From the UHGV virus genome UHGV-0091695: DNA of 64,000 nucleotides; one strand, given 5' to 3'. The notes under the pieces were generated by a model, which saw nothing but the letters and a program-made list of their open reading frames with translations, made no database searches and was not told where the DNA came from. How positions within the stretch are numbered: the first letter of the stretch is position 1; every line of letters begins with the position of its first letter. Source of the stretch: a virus. Below are positions 27,924-36,099 of the stretch, in pieces. The translations under genes and the position numbers were made by a program.

Positions 27924-28226
27924 TTACTGTACTACCTTGCCATATACAGTGAGTTCATCATCCTCTCTCAATACCAGCTTCTTGATAGGATAGCACTGAG
28001 TAGAATTGATGTCATTTCTCAGCTCACCAGTAATGGAGTTATAGTACTTGTAGTCTGTATCTATGACATCTGTTACCTGCATGTTGCTGGTATATGCCTT
28101 AGACTCAATCATATCCCCTACTGAGAGGTTTTCCTCAGTTCGGAAACAATACTTCTTTAACTTCCTGTCACTAATCTGCTTGATTGTCAAAGCAGTATCA
28201 GTATAAACTACTAAGATTGTCTTCAT
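27924..28226 (-). CDS. Hypothetical protein
   Basis: ORF track. Confidence 0.65.
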   Translation of the reverse strand: MKTILVVYTDTALTIKQISDRKLKKYCFRTEENLSVGDMIESKAYTSNMQVTDVIDTDYKYYNSITGELRNDINSTQCYPIKKLVLREDDELTVYGKVVQ

Positions 28227-28254
28227 ATTCTTGCTATTTAATTGTTAGACATAG

Positions 28255-28326
28255 TACCCCCAACTGGACTCGAACCAGTATTTACTCTTTAGGAGAGAGT
28301 TGTTCTATCCCTTGAACTATGAGGGC
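28255..28326 (-). tRNA. tRNA-Arg(CCT)
   Basis: Full cloverleaf; ACTCT-CTCCTAA-AGAGT. Confidence 0.92.
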
Positions 28327-28328
28327 AT

Positions 28329-28358
28329 ATGCTGCCTATATTCACATACCAGCAGCAT
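28329..28358 (-). repeat. Pre-tRNA hairpin motif, copy 2
   Basis: ATGCTGC-TGGTATGTGAATATAG-GCAGCAT. Confidence 0.7.
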
Positions 28359-28395
28359 CGGCTCATGAAATACAATCAAATTGCCTTAAAAAAAA

Positions 28396-28620
28396 CTATT
28401 TGCACAACTTATTGAAGATATTGTAACCAGAGAGTATGTATAGCTCCCTGATTGATATTATTCTTCTACATATAGCTATAAGGATTACAGTTACAAGTAT
28501 CCATGATAGCATCTTCATAGGAGTTTCAACCAGTGAATCAAGTCCTCCTACAAATATCATGACTGCAAGGGTTGTTGCACACAGCAGCATTCCCTTTAAT
28601 ATAAGTTTGAATGTTCTCAT
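28396..28620 (-). CDS. Small membrane protein (likely start MRTFKL)
   Basis: Two hydrophobic helices. Confidence 0.55.
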   Translation of the reverse strand: MRTFKLILKGMLLCATTLAVMIFVGGLDSLVETPMKMLSWILVTVILIAICRRIISIRELYILSGYNIFNKLCK

Positions 28621-28886
28621 TTTATTCCCCAATCTAGTCTGTTGCACATGATTTTGAATATATAGGCAGCTTTCCATGTAAGAAAGCCACCTCTCACAAG
28701 CTGACCATAAGAGTCATATACTGAATATCTTCTCATATCAATATTCTCCTCTCATGGCTTTATCCTCATCATCTTCAAAGTCCCTATCATCTTCAGGGAT
28801 AGCGCCATCACTCTTGTCATTCACCATATAGAATACACCTACTACGATGAATATCCATCCTAATGCGAGTATCATTGGATCCATAA

Positions 28887-29093
28887 TTAACCTCCCTTTC
28901 TTGTTAGTTTCTTGAACTCTGCCCTTGCTTTAGCACCATTGGGATATGATGTGATTGTGATATTGCCATCAGACTTAATGGCTATTTCCCACTCAAAGGC
29001 ATGTTTACCAAACAATGCTATGGTTCTACCATACTTATCAGTGACGACAGCTCTTAGCCTATTGTCACAGTTTTCTCTGTTGTATCGTCTCAT
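28887..29093 (-). CDS. Hypothetical protein
   Basis: ORF track. Confidence 0.6.
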   Translation of the reverse strand: MRRYNRENCDNRLRAVVTDKYGRTIALFGKHAFEWEIAIKSDGNITITSYPNGAKARAEFKKLTRKGG

Positions 29094-29314
29094 TTTCTAT
29101 GTATATATATGTATGAATAATTGGGTTGCCATCCCTTTATATTCTATGTATGATTAGCATCTCATACACAGGAGCATAGATACTTTTACTATGATTACCT
29201 AATGGTGTTATCTACCTTTTTAATTAGGATAGCCATAGTATTAAATATGTATTAACTATGGACTTTAAGTGAGAGGAATAGTCTATCACTTCTCTATAGG
29301 ATTGACTATATCCT

Positions 29315-29584
29315 TTATTTTGTCTGAATAACAGCTTCTGCATAAACAAGTGCCATCACCCATTCATTAGTAACATCAGAATATTGAAGGGTATCACCGT
29401 CTTCATCATATTCTGCATCTGTTATAAGAGTAGTATTGAGAGCATCTGAGAATATCTCAAAATTCTTTGAATTTTTGGGTTTCTCATCAAATACTAGTGT
29501 TACCTCTGTATTGGAAAAAGGAGAAGCTACTATCTTTATGCCCTTCACATTCTCCATGAATGAATTATTTATTGTTACTTTCAT
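29315..29584 (-). CDS. Hypothetical acidic protein
   Basis: ORF track. Confidence 0.6.
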   Translation of the reverse strand: MKVTINNSFMENVKGIKIVASPFSNTEVTLVFDEKPKNSKNFEIFSDALNTTLITDAEYDEDGDTLQYSDVTNEWVMALVYAEAVIQTK

Positions 29585-29638
29585 ATCTCTTAATCATCAT
29601 AAGGTCTGACAAAAGTATATACATACACATCAAGTTCC

Positions 29639-29830
29639 TCATTGTATGGGAACCCATAGTAGACATGAAGAGCCTTCCATGATGGATGCAATAGCTTTCT
29701 TTGCATGAGGATAGTTCTCATCATCAGTCTTTATGTAATACACTTCATGTTGTGTATAATAACTGCCTGACAATTGTGGCTGATACTCTATCTGATAAAG
29801 TATGCCATTGTAAAATGTTTGATTGCTCAT
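29639..29830 (-). CDS. Hypothetical protein
   Basis: ORF track. Confidence 0.5.
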   Translation of the reverse strand: MSNQTFYNGILYQIEYQPQLSGSYYTQHEVYYIKTDDENYPHAKKAIASIMEGSSCLLWVPIQ

Positions 29831-30052
29831 TTGATTGTTGTTTTAATGGTTTTGTTGATAGCTTTGTTTGAGTAGTAGCTAAGAAATATTTAATACACTC
29901 TCTTGACTTAGACTTTTTGACAAATTTTAACCCAAGTCTATGCAATAACACAACTACTATTCTTCACTGTGTGACTGTAGTTTGGTAGACAGCCATGCAA
30001 TAGACAAGGGCAAAAATGTCATGTTACACAATTACTTAAACTCTTGTGCAAC

Positions 30053-30073
30053 AAAAAAACCCACCGAAGTGGG
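30053..30073 (-). terminator. Intrinsic terminator
   Basis: CCCAC-TTCG-GTGGG followed by a T run on the minus strand. Confidence 0.8.
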
Positions 30074-30079
30074 CTGAAA

Positions 30080-30466
30080 TTAATCGAAATTTAATTCCCA
30101 AACAGTCTCACGCTTAGACTCGCAAAGCATGTACATAGGGGTTTCATAGCCCTCAGTGACTGCCTCAGTAATGAACAGTTCACCAAGGGGTTCCTTGTTT
30201 TCCATCTTCTGTCCTAAGGCTGATGGTACATAGCCCAGCATATTAGCTGTGGCAAAGTAGTACAGAGGCTTGCTTTTATCTTCCACACCATCAGTGTGGC
30301 CATAGACTCTTGCAGGTTTCTTGGTAGCAGGGTCAATGACCTGCTTGCCATTCTCATCAGTTTTAGTCCGTGGATAGACCTTGAAGTACTTTCCTTGGGT
30401 CTTCTCTACAAACTGTTCAACACTCATTCTCTCTCCAAACTCTGTGTTTCTTGTCTCTTGTGCCAT
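30080..30466 (-). CDS. Hypothetical protein, first gene of the leftward unit (likely start MAQETRN)
   Basis: ORF track; own terminator. Confidence 0.7.
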   Translation of the reverse strand: MAQETRNTEFGERMSVEQFVEKTQGKYFKVYPRTKTDENGKQVIDPATKKPARVYGHTDGVEDKSKPLYYFATANMLGYVPSALGQKMENKEPLGELFITEAVTEGYETPMYMLCESKRETVWELNFD

Positions 30467-30645
30467 AATGCTATATGATTTAAATGTTATGAGGGGGACT
30501 ATCCCCACCTCAAGGCATGGGGAGGGAGGGAGAGGTGATTATATCTCCTTCATACCAGTAAAGTGTATTTCTAAAAATTAAAAAAATTAAAAAAATAAAA
30601 ATTTTTTGACCTAGACTATATGTATAGTTAAACTTTCTTAAAAAA

Positions 30646-30677
30646 TTTGGTAGTTTCAATTTTTTTTATTATCTTTG
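30646..30677 (+). promoter_or_regulatory. Bacteroidetes sigma-type promoter
   Basis: TTTG-N20-TATCTTTG. Confidence 0.75.
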
Positions 30678-30980
30678 CACCATCTTCTAAGTCATGACAG
30701 TTGACTTAGCCTGAGAGGTCCACCATGAGAACCAGTTAATTACTAAGGTGCATGGTCAAAGAGGGGTAGTAGGTACAAATAGTACTAAGGTAAAAATCCT
30801 CCTAGGAAGATAAAAATGACTTGGAGAAGAAATGTCAGTGCTCCACCAAACTGTCTGAAAGAAAGGTTGAGGGTAAAGTGAGCTTTAGGGAAATATTAAC
30901 CGCCTGACTATAATTCTCCATGTTTAAGCCTGATGGAAATCATAACTGATGGCTTTCACTAGGGATTATTATATCTAAAA

Positions 30981-31415
30981 ATGAATGAGATAAGAGATTT
31001 TATAATAGACTGGATATGGCAATTACCACAGAATTTATGTGGACTTGTATATAAAAGTATATCAAGAAACAATAGGATAGCTATTGTAGAAAATAGTGAT
31101 TCAAGGTCTGTAGGAGCGGAAGTTCTTCTACAGAGAACTAAAGGAGGAGTTACTTTGGGTAAGTATATATTTATATGTCAGGACTATACAGACAAGTACA
31201 AGGTAATTAAGCATGAATGTGGGCATGTCAAGCAAAGCAAGCTACTAGGTCCACTTTATTTACTTATAATAGGTATTCCTTCAATACTTCATGCTTGGCT
31301 CAATGGTTATCTAAATTGTTGTGCTAATCATGGTACATATTACCACTTTTATCCAGAGAGATGGGCCAATAAATTAATGGGGATAGATACTTCTGGTGAT
31401 CCTATAGAAAAATGA
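30981..31415 (+). CDS. Putative zincin-like metallopeptidase, membrane-associated
   Basis: GVTLG, HECGH..Q...LGPLYL and ERWA motifs. Confidence 0.65.
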   Translation: MNEIRDFIIDWIWQLPQNLCGLVYKSISRNNRIAIVENSDSRSVGAEVLLQRTKGGVTLGKYIFICQDYTDKYKVIKHECGHVKQSKLLGPLYLLIIGIPSILHAWLNGYLNCCANHGTYYHFYPERWANKLMGIDTSGDPIEK

Positions 31416-31426
31416 TTATCAAAATA

Positions 31427-31458
31427 TTTGGTAGTTTCAAAGATTCTTAGTACTTTTG
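31427..31458 (+). promoter_or_regulatory. Promoter of the tRNA cluster
   Basis: TTTG-N20-TACTTTTG. Confidence 0.75.
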
Positions 31459-31536
31459 CAAAGTGAATTTGATGACGGTGATAACAATGGTTGGGTACTA
31501 CTTTAGCCATTTGTTCTGAAGTAGTACTCTTTTTAT

Positions 31537-31608
31537 TGCCCCTTGGTGTAATAGGTAACACAGAAGATTTTGGTTCTTCTATTATCAGTTCAAGTCTGGT
31601 AGGGGTAA
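31537..31608 (+). tRNA. tRNA-Gln(TTG)
   Basis: Cloverleaf; GAAGA-TTTTGGT-TCTTC. Confidence 0.9.
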
Positions 31609-31615
31609 CAAAGCA

Positions 31616-31688
<73 letters not shown>

Positions 31689-31719
31689 CCCCGTTTATAT
31701 AAAAAGTTTAAATCTTTCT

Positions 31720-31749
31720 ACTAAGATGGTTTGTGAAAATAGTCTTAGT
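31720..31749 (+). repeat. Pre-tRNA hairpin motif, copy 3
   Basis: ACTAAGA-TGGTTTGTGAAAATAG-TCTTAGT. Confidence 0.7.
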
Positions 31750-31754
31750 TTATT

Positions 31755-31828
31755 GCTGAGTTAGAGTAAATGGTTAACTCGTCACTCTTTCAAGGTGAAG
31801 ATTGTGGGTTCAAATCCCACACTCAGTA
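31755..31828 (+). tRNA. tRNA-Glu(TTC)
   Basis: Cloverleaf; TCACT-CTTTCAA-GGTGA. Confidence 0.9.
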
Positions 31829-31834
31829 CAATAT

Positions 31835-31906
31835 AGGGTCATCTACTAATGGTCAGGTAATTGCCTTCTCAAGGCAGAAATCTGGGTTCAATTCCCAGTG
31901 GCCCTA
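31835..31906 (+). tRNA. tRNA-Glu(CTC)
   Basis: Cloverleaf; TTGCC-TTCTCAA-GGCAG. Confidence 0.85.
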
Positions 31907-31913
31907 CTACTAT

Positions 31914-31988
31914 TGACTATGTAGTGTAATGGTTTTTGCATATCACACTGTCAATGTGAAGGTTAGGGTTCAATTCCCTCATAGTCAG
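31914..31988 (+). tRNA. tRNA-Asp(GTC)
   Basis: TCACA-CTGTCAA-TGTGA; T stem slightly irregular. Confidence 0.82.
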
Positions 31989-32041
31989 CTAGACCTTTTT
32001 TCTCAGAAAAAGTCCTATATCACAGCGGTGAGTAGGCAAAT

Positions 32042-32127
32042 GGAGAAGTAACCAAGACGGCTCTTGGCTTGGTCTTGAAAACCAAAGGTTCTGTAAAAGG
32101 AATGGGAATCGACATCTCACTTCTCCG
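32042..32127 (+). tRNA. tRNA-Ser(TGA), atypical T loop ATCGACA
   Basis: GGAGAAG/CTTCTCC acceptor, TTGGT-CTTGAAA-ACCAA, long variable arm. Confidence 0.8.
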
Positions 32128-32131
32128 CTAT

Positions 32132-32219
32132 AGAGAGTAAACCTATAAGGTTATAGGGCTGGTCTGCTAAACCAAGTGGTCATGTAAAAATGACTGAGTT
32201 TCGAGTACTCTGCTCTCTG
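32132..32219 (+). tRNA. tRNA-Ser(GCT)
   Basis: TGGT-CTGCTAA-ACCA, long variable arm, TTCGAGT loop. Confidence 0.8.
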
Positions 32220-32225
32220 CAATAT

Positions 32226-32298
32226 AGAGTAGTAGGGTAATTGGTTAGCATACAACTTTTGCAAGGTTGAGGTCAGGGTTCAAGTCCCTCATTCTCCA
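32226..32298 (+). tRNA. tRNA-Ala(TGC), degenerate acceptor and D stems (possible pseudogene)
   Basis: CAACT-TTTGCAA-GGTTG and AGGG-TTCAAGT-CCCT are intact; acceptor pairs poorly. Confidence 0.6.
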
Positions 32299-32378
32299 CA
32301 TTAGTTCCGTGTTTCATAATGTTAGAGCTTTGGTTGAGCCCTCTTTTTAGTAGTTAGAGGTTAAAGAAACTGCTTTAT

Positions 32379-32450
32379 TGGGATGTAGTTCAAAGGTTAG
32401 AACAAGTGGCTGTTAACCATTAGATTAGAGTTCAAGTCTCTACTTCCCAG
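32379..32450 (+). tRNA. tRNA-Asn(GTT)
   Basis: Cloverleaf; AGTGG-CTGTTAA-CCATT. Confidence 0.88.
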
Positions 32451-32456
32451 CAACAT

Positions 32457-32529
32457 TGGTAGGTAGTTTAATAGGTAAAACCCCAGTCTCCAAAACTGGT
32501 TGATGAGAGTTCAAATCTTTCCCTATCAG
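32457..32529 (+). tRNA. tRNA-Trp(CCA)
   Basis: Cloverleaf; CCAGT-CTCCAAA-ACTGG. Confidence 0.9.
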
Positions 32530-32533
32530 CTAT

Positions 32534-32662
32534 TGGCATATCTTCTAATGGTTAGGGAGCTACTCTGATAAGGCAGTAGTTAATTGGAATACCAAGGGTT
32601 CTCAAAAGGAGATGACTATAGGTGAAAGTATCTATGTATAGGTTCGAGTCCTACCTGTCCTA
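32534..32662 (+). ncRNA. Chimeric or expanded tRNA-like element (5' half resembles tRNA-Ile GAT)
   Basis: D-loop AATGGTTAG, CTGATAA loop, two extra hairpins, T arm TAGG-TTCGAGT-CCTA. Confidence 0.55.
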
Positions 32663-32665
32663 CAT

Positions 32666-32740
32666 CTTGGAGTACCAAAGTGGTTTAATGGCTCAGACTG
32701 CAAATCTGAAGATTCGTGGGTTCAAATCCCACCTCCAAGT
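32666..32740 (+). tRNA. tRNA-Cys(GCA)
   Basis: Cloverleaf; TCAGA-CTGCAAA-TCTGA; U73. Confidence 0.9.
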
Positions 32741-32742
32741 CT

Positions 32743-32994
32743 ATGTGTTATATAGATAAACTTATAAAGAATAATACAGGAGTTTCTTCAAAGAACTTCT
32801 TCTTAGTAGCAGTTACTTTAATAGGTTTAATCCTATTACTGGTTCCTGCTGTACTTCTTATAATAGAAGTATGTTATAGTCATACTATACAGACAGACCT
32901 TAATGGTCTTGCTGCTTATATAGGTGCTGTTGCTGGAGTATTTGCATCAGCAGGTATTACTAAAGCATGGTCTGAAAAGTATGAAAAGAAATAA
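32743..32994 (+). CDS. Two-TM membrane protein (holin-like) inside the tRNA cluster
   Basis: ATG just after tRNA-Cys; two hydrophobic helices and a charged tail. Confidence 0.65.
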   Translation: MCYIDKLIKNNTGVSSKNFFLVAVTLIGLILLLVPAVLLIIEVCYSHTIQTDLNGLAAYIGAVAGVFASAGITKAWSEKYEKK

Positions 32995-32995
32995 T

Positions 32996-33069
32996 GCTCC
33001 TATAGCTGAATTGGTTAAAGCAACAGTCTCTTAAACTGTGGACTCAAGATTCAAGTCATTGTGGGAGCA
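32996..33069 (+). tRNA. tRNA-Lys(CTT), weak T stem
   Basis: ACAGT-CTCTTAA-ACTGT. Confidence 0.78.
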
Positions 33070-33091
33070 CAACCTCAATCTTGGCAAATAT

Positions 33092-33164
33092 TCCCTCAAA
33101 GCATTAATGGTGGATGCTCTGGACTTTTAATCCTGAGAGCTAGGTTCGATTCCTAGTGGGGGAA
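33092..33164 (+). tRNA. tRNA-Lys(TTT)
   Basis: CTGGA-CTTTTAA-TCCTG; CTAGG-TTCGATT-CCTAG. Confidence 0.85.
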
Positions 33165-33196
33165 TATAACATGTTTAACTTCAAATTTTATATGTT

Positions 33197-33310
33197 ATGA
33201 GAAGAGTTCTTAATTTAGTGAAGAGAGGAGTTAAGTGGTATATTAACAAGACCATAGTTAATGGTTATGTTATGACTCCTACAGGGTGTATTCCTATTAT
33301 CAAGGAATAA
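33197..33310 (+). CDS. Small 37-aa peptide
   Basis: MRRVLNLVKRGVKWYINKTIVNGYVMTPTGCIPIIKE read by eye. Confidence 0.5.
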   Translation: MRRVLNLVKRGVKWYINKTIVNGYVMTPTGCIPIIKE

Positions 33311-33381
33311 CCCTTTCACTGAGTGAGGAACTATATTTTATGATATAAATAAGTAGGTCAAACAATACTTTATGATATATT

Positions 33382-33421
33382 GGGAGTACTTTAATTATGA
33401 GTTCAATTCTCTTTACTCCCA
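33382..33421 (+). ncRNA. tRNA minihelix remnant (acceptor plus T arm only)
   Basis: GGGAGTA-CTTTAATT-ATGAG-TTCAATT-CTCTT-TACTCCC-A. Confidence 0.6.
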
Positions 33422-33424
33422 CTT

Positions 33425-33493
33425 GGAATCTTAGTGTAAGTGGTCTGCATGAGGGTCAACCCTAGGACTTTAGTTCAATTCTAAGAGATTCCA
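33425..33493 (+). ncRNA. tRNA lacking an anticodon loop
   Basis: Acceptor GGAATCT/AGATTCC, D and T arms intact; anticodon arm is AGGGT-CA-ACCCT. Confidence 0.7.
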
Positions 33494-33497
33494 CTAT

Positions 33498-33581
33498 GCC
33501 TCCTTGCTGGAATTGGTTAGACAGTCTGGTCTTAGAAGCCAGTGCCTTAATGGCATAAGAGTTCGAGTCTCTTAGGGGGTA
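33498..33581 (+). tRNA. tRNA-Leu(TAG)
   Basis: CTGGT-CTTAGAA-GCCAG, long variable arm. Confidence 0.9.
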
Positions 33582-33605
33582 CTAAAAGTTAAATAATGCA
33601 ATTTA

Positions 33606-33637
33606 CTTGCATAAATCAAATATTTTATTTACCTTTG
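33606..33637 (+). promoter_or_regulatory. Bacteroidetes sigma-type promoter
   Basis: CTTG-N20-TACCTTTG. Confidence 0.7.
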
Positions 33638-33654
33638 CATTATAACTTAAGACC

Positions 33655-34125
33655 ATGGATTTATTTATAGATAGTAATATACTCAATGAAGCTCTAGGGA
33701 ATGTAAAAGATACTAGTAGTATGAATAGTAATTCTACTAAGTTTATAGATTTTCTCAACAAACTAGAGGGTTGGAAGACTAAGTGTAAAAATCTTCACTG
33801 GGCTTCTCATAAGAAAAATATACATACTTACCTTGATGACTTCTTAGAAGTGCTACAAGAATATCAAGATGGATTAGCTGAAGAAGAGATGGGTATATAT
33901 GGCAGAATGTTGCCTAATGTGATAGTAGGAATTTCAAGTATGGCTACTAATGCAAAGGAGTTTATACAGGAAATAAAAACTGCTACTTTAATCTTCTATG
34001 AAGGCTTACCCCAAGATGCTGTTCATGCAGGTATAAGGTCAGAATGTGAGACATTCATACATAATATAAACAAGTATGTGTATTTATTCTCTCTTACTGA
34101 CCAAGAATTTAAAGGTGGAGAATAA
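33655..34125 (+). CDS. Dps/ferritin-like protein
   Basis: KNLHW...IH.YLDDF...QDGLAE ferroxidase-type pattern. Confidence 0.75.
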   Translation: MDLFIDSNILNEALGNVKDTSSMNSNSTKFIDFLNKLEGWKTKCKNLHWASHKKNIHTYLDDFLEVLQEYQDGLAEEEMGIYGRMLPNVIVGISSMATNAKEFIQEIKTATLIFYEGLPQDAVHAGIRSECETFIHNINKYVYLFSLTDQEFKGGE

Positions 34126-34126
34126 A

Positions 34127-34211
34127 GCCTCTATGGGGGAACTGGTAGACCCGAGGCACTTAAAATGCCTTTTCCTTTTAGGAAGTATGAGTTCAAGTCT
34201 CATTAGAGGTA
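34127..34211 (+). tRNA. tRNA-Leu(TAA)
   Basis: AGGCA-CTTAAAA-TGCCT, long variable arm. Confidence 0.9.
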
Positions 34212-34236
34212 CACGTGGCACATCCTTTCTTTTATG

Positions 34237-34308
34237 GCTTCCTTATTATAATGGTTATTATACCTGTCTTGTAAACAGGAGATAAGTGTTCGATTCACTT
34301 AGGAAGCT
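34237..34308 (+). tRNA. tRNA-Thr(TGT)
   Basis: CCTGT-CTTGTAA-ACAGG. Confidence 0.88.
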
Positions 34309-34499
34309 CAACAAGTTACTAAAAGCTGTCTTACCTACAGTGAGAGAGTAACACTCAATGCTACTAGGTAAACCTCAGCAGGAGCTGACCTGCGCCGACT
34401 TAAATTAAAAAGCTTTATAAGAGGTGTAGGTGATTGAGGGTGCAAGTTAAGGTGAAACCTTGCAATGCCAAAGTACCAATACCCAAATCTTTGGCTTAT

Positions 34500-34572
34500 G
34501 TAGATATGGTGTTAGGGGTTAGCATATGACATTGCCAATGTCAAGGGGTCAGTTCAAATCTGATTATCTACT
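34500..34572 (+). tRNA. tRNA-Gly(GCC)
   Basis: TGACA-TTGCCAA-TGTCA. Confidence 0.88.
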
Positions 34573-34577
34573 CTTAT

Positions 34578-34649
34578 GTGGGATTGGTGTTAGTGGTAAC
34601 ATATCTGCCTTCCAAGCAGAAGTGGACAGTTCGAGTCTGTTATTCCACT
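34578..34649 (+). tRNA. tRNA-Gly(TCC)
   Basis: TCTGC-CTTCCAA-GCAGA. Confidence 0.9.
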
Positions 34650-34656
34650 CATACAT

Positions 34657-34743
34657 TGCGGAGTAGTGTAAGGGCAACATGCAAGGCTCATAACCTTGAG
34701 AAGTAGTAATACTATGTTGGTGGTTCGAGTCCACCTTCCGCAA
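34657..34743 (+). tRNA. tRNA-Met(CAT) with a long variable arm
   Basis: CAAGG-CTCATAA-CCTTG; 20-nt variable region containing a hairpin. Confidence 0.82.
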
Positions 34744-34758
34744 CTAAAGTTGATAACT

Positions 34759-34920
34759 ATGGATATGACTATGTCTAAAGATGGTAAGATTATGGCTTGT
34801 ATAGTAGGTTATACAGTCAGAGATATAATAAATCAGGCTAATGAGCTTGAGATACCTAGAGAGGATATTGTAAGTATATTACCTCTTGCAGGGCAGATAT
34901 ACTTATTTTACTATAAATAA
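34759..34920 (+). CDS. Small hypothetical protein
   Basis: ATG downstream of tRNA-Met, within the track ORF. Confidence 0.55.
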   Translation: MDMTMSKDGKIMACIVGYTVRDIINQANELEIPREDIVSILPLAGQIYLFYYK

Positions 34921-34932
34921 AAGAATGGCATT

Positions 34933-35190
34933 ATGGAAGAAGCTAGAAGAGAGGGAGATACTAAGGGTTATAAGAGAGAATCTATAATCAATGCAGGGAT
35001 GCCTATTAACCTCGTTACTTATGAGGCTGTAGGTAAATTTAAGAGTGTTAGAAGGGCTATAAGAAGAGGATTAGTCTCACCTTATGGTGAAATATATCCT
35101 AGGAGACCTTTTGGCAATACCAATACCAAGATGAACAGGATAAAGAGAGAGATTTATGAACAACTCAAAAACAGTAGAAGAGCATCATAA
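34933..35190 (+). CDS. Basic hypothetical protein
   Basis: ORF track. Confidence 0.65.
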   Translation: MEEARREGDTKGYKRESIINAGMPINLVTYEAVGKFKSVRRAIRRGLVSPYGEIYPRRPFGNTNTKMNRIKREIYEQLKNSRRAS

Positions 35191-35377
35191 ACATGATGAA
35201 TATAATGCTGAGCCTGTAGTCTATTGTGCTGATTGCCTGTCATTGAGAATACAAGCAGTAGATGGTATAGACTACTGTGATAAGTGTGGTAGCACTAACA
35301 CAAAAGAGGCTAATATATTTGAATGGGAGAAGATGTATGCAGCTAAGTATGCAGGTAAGTATTTAGATATGAAATAA
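35156..35377 (+). CDS. Zn-ribbon protein
   Basis: CADC...CDKC. Confidence 0.7.
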   Translation: MNNSKTVEEHHKHDEYNAEPVVYCADCLSLRIQAVDGIDYCDKCGSTNTKEANIFEWEKMYAAKYAGKYLDMK

Positions 35378-35389
35378 ATTGTATTATAA

Positions 35390-35710
35390 ATGGAAAAGAA
35401 GTTAGAACCTAAGGTAGGTACTATAAGTACTCCTAAGAAACTCAGTTATGAAGAGCTGGAGAATGTATGTCATCAACTTAGTGCCCAGTCACAGCAGCTT
35501 AATGCCCAGAATCAGCAACTAAGGGCTATGGTTACTGAGGCTAACCTAAGTAACCTGTATAAGAGACTTGACTATCTGTTTGAAGTTATTAATAAGGATA
35601 ATCCTTATTTAAGTACAGATTTCAAGAAGAAATGTGCTATTGAGATTGAAACTCTGATGGCTACACCTGAGGCTGAAGATACACAAGAGGAATCACCTAA
35701 GGAGGAATAA
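35390..35710 (+). CDS. Coiled-coil hypothetical protein
   Basis: ORF track. Confidence 0.7.
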   Translation: MEKKLEPKVGTISTPKKLSYEELENVCHQLSAQSQQLNAQNQQLRAMVTEANLSNLYKRLDYLFEVINKDNPYLSTDFKKKCAIEIETLMATPEAEDTQEESPKEE

Positions 35711-35712
35711 GT

Positions 35713-36099
35713 ATGGTCAAGAAGGGAGTGGACAATGTGGTAAGGATACCATGTAAGCTTGACTACTCTTTCTTTAAGATGTGGTTTATGTTCTTACAGC
35801 CATTTCACCATCTTACTGAAAGAGAAATGGAAGTAGCCACTTCCTTTGTCAAGCAGAGATATGAACTGAGTAAGGTAGTCTCTGATAGTGATATTCTTGA
35901 TAAGCTTGTCATGAGTGAAGATACCAAGAGAAAGGTAAGGGAGGAGTGCAATATCACCTTACCTCACTTTCAGGTTATAATGGGTAAACTTAGAAAGAAT
36001 AACATTATAGTAGATGGTAAGCTAAATCCTAGGTATATACCTAGAGTGGTTGAGGAAAATGGTTCATTCAAATTAATGCTATTATTTGACTTTCAATGA
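35713..36099 (+). CDS. Putative winged-helix DNA-binding protein
   Basis: LTEREMEV...KVREECNIT...MGKLRKNNII pattern. Confidence 0.55.
   Translation: MVKKGVDNVVRIPCKLDYSFFKMWFMFLQPFHHLTEREMEVATSFVKQRYELSKVVSDSDILDKLVMSEDTKRKVREECNITLPHFQVIMGKLRKNNIIVDGKLNPRYIPRVVEENGSFKLMLLFDFQ

Noticed and set aside
34076..34285. Track ORFs overlapping tRNA genes (also the 32716 and 34696 starts)
   Set aside because: They overlap clear cloverleaves; dropped or moved to downstream ATGs.
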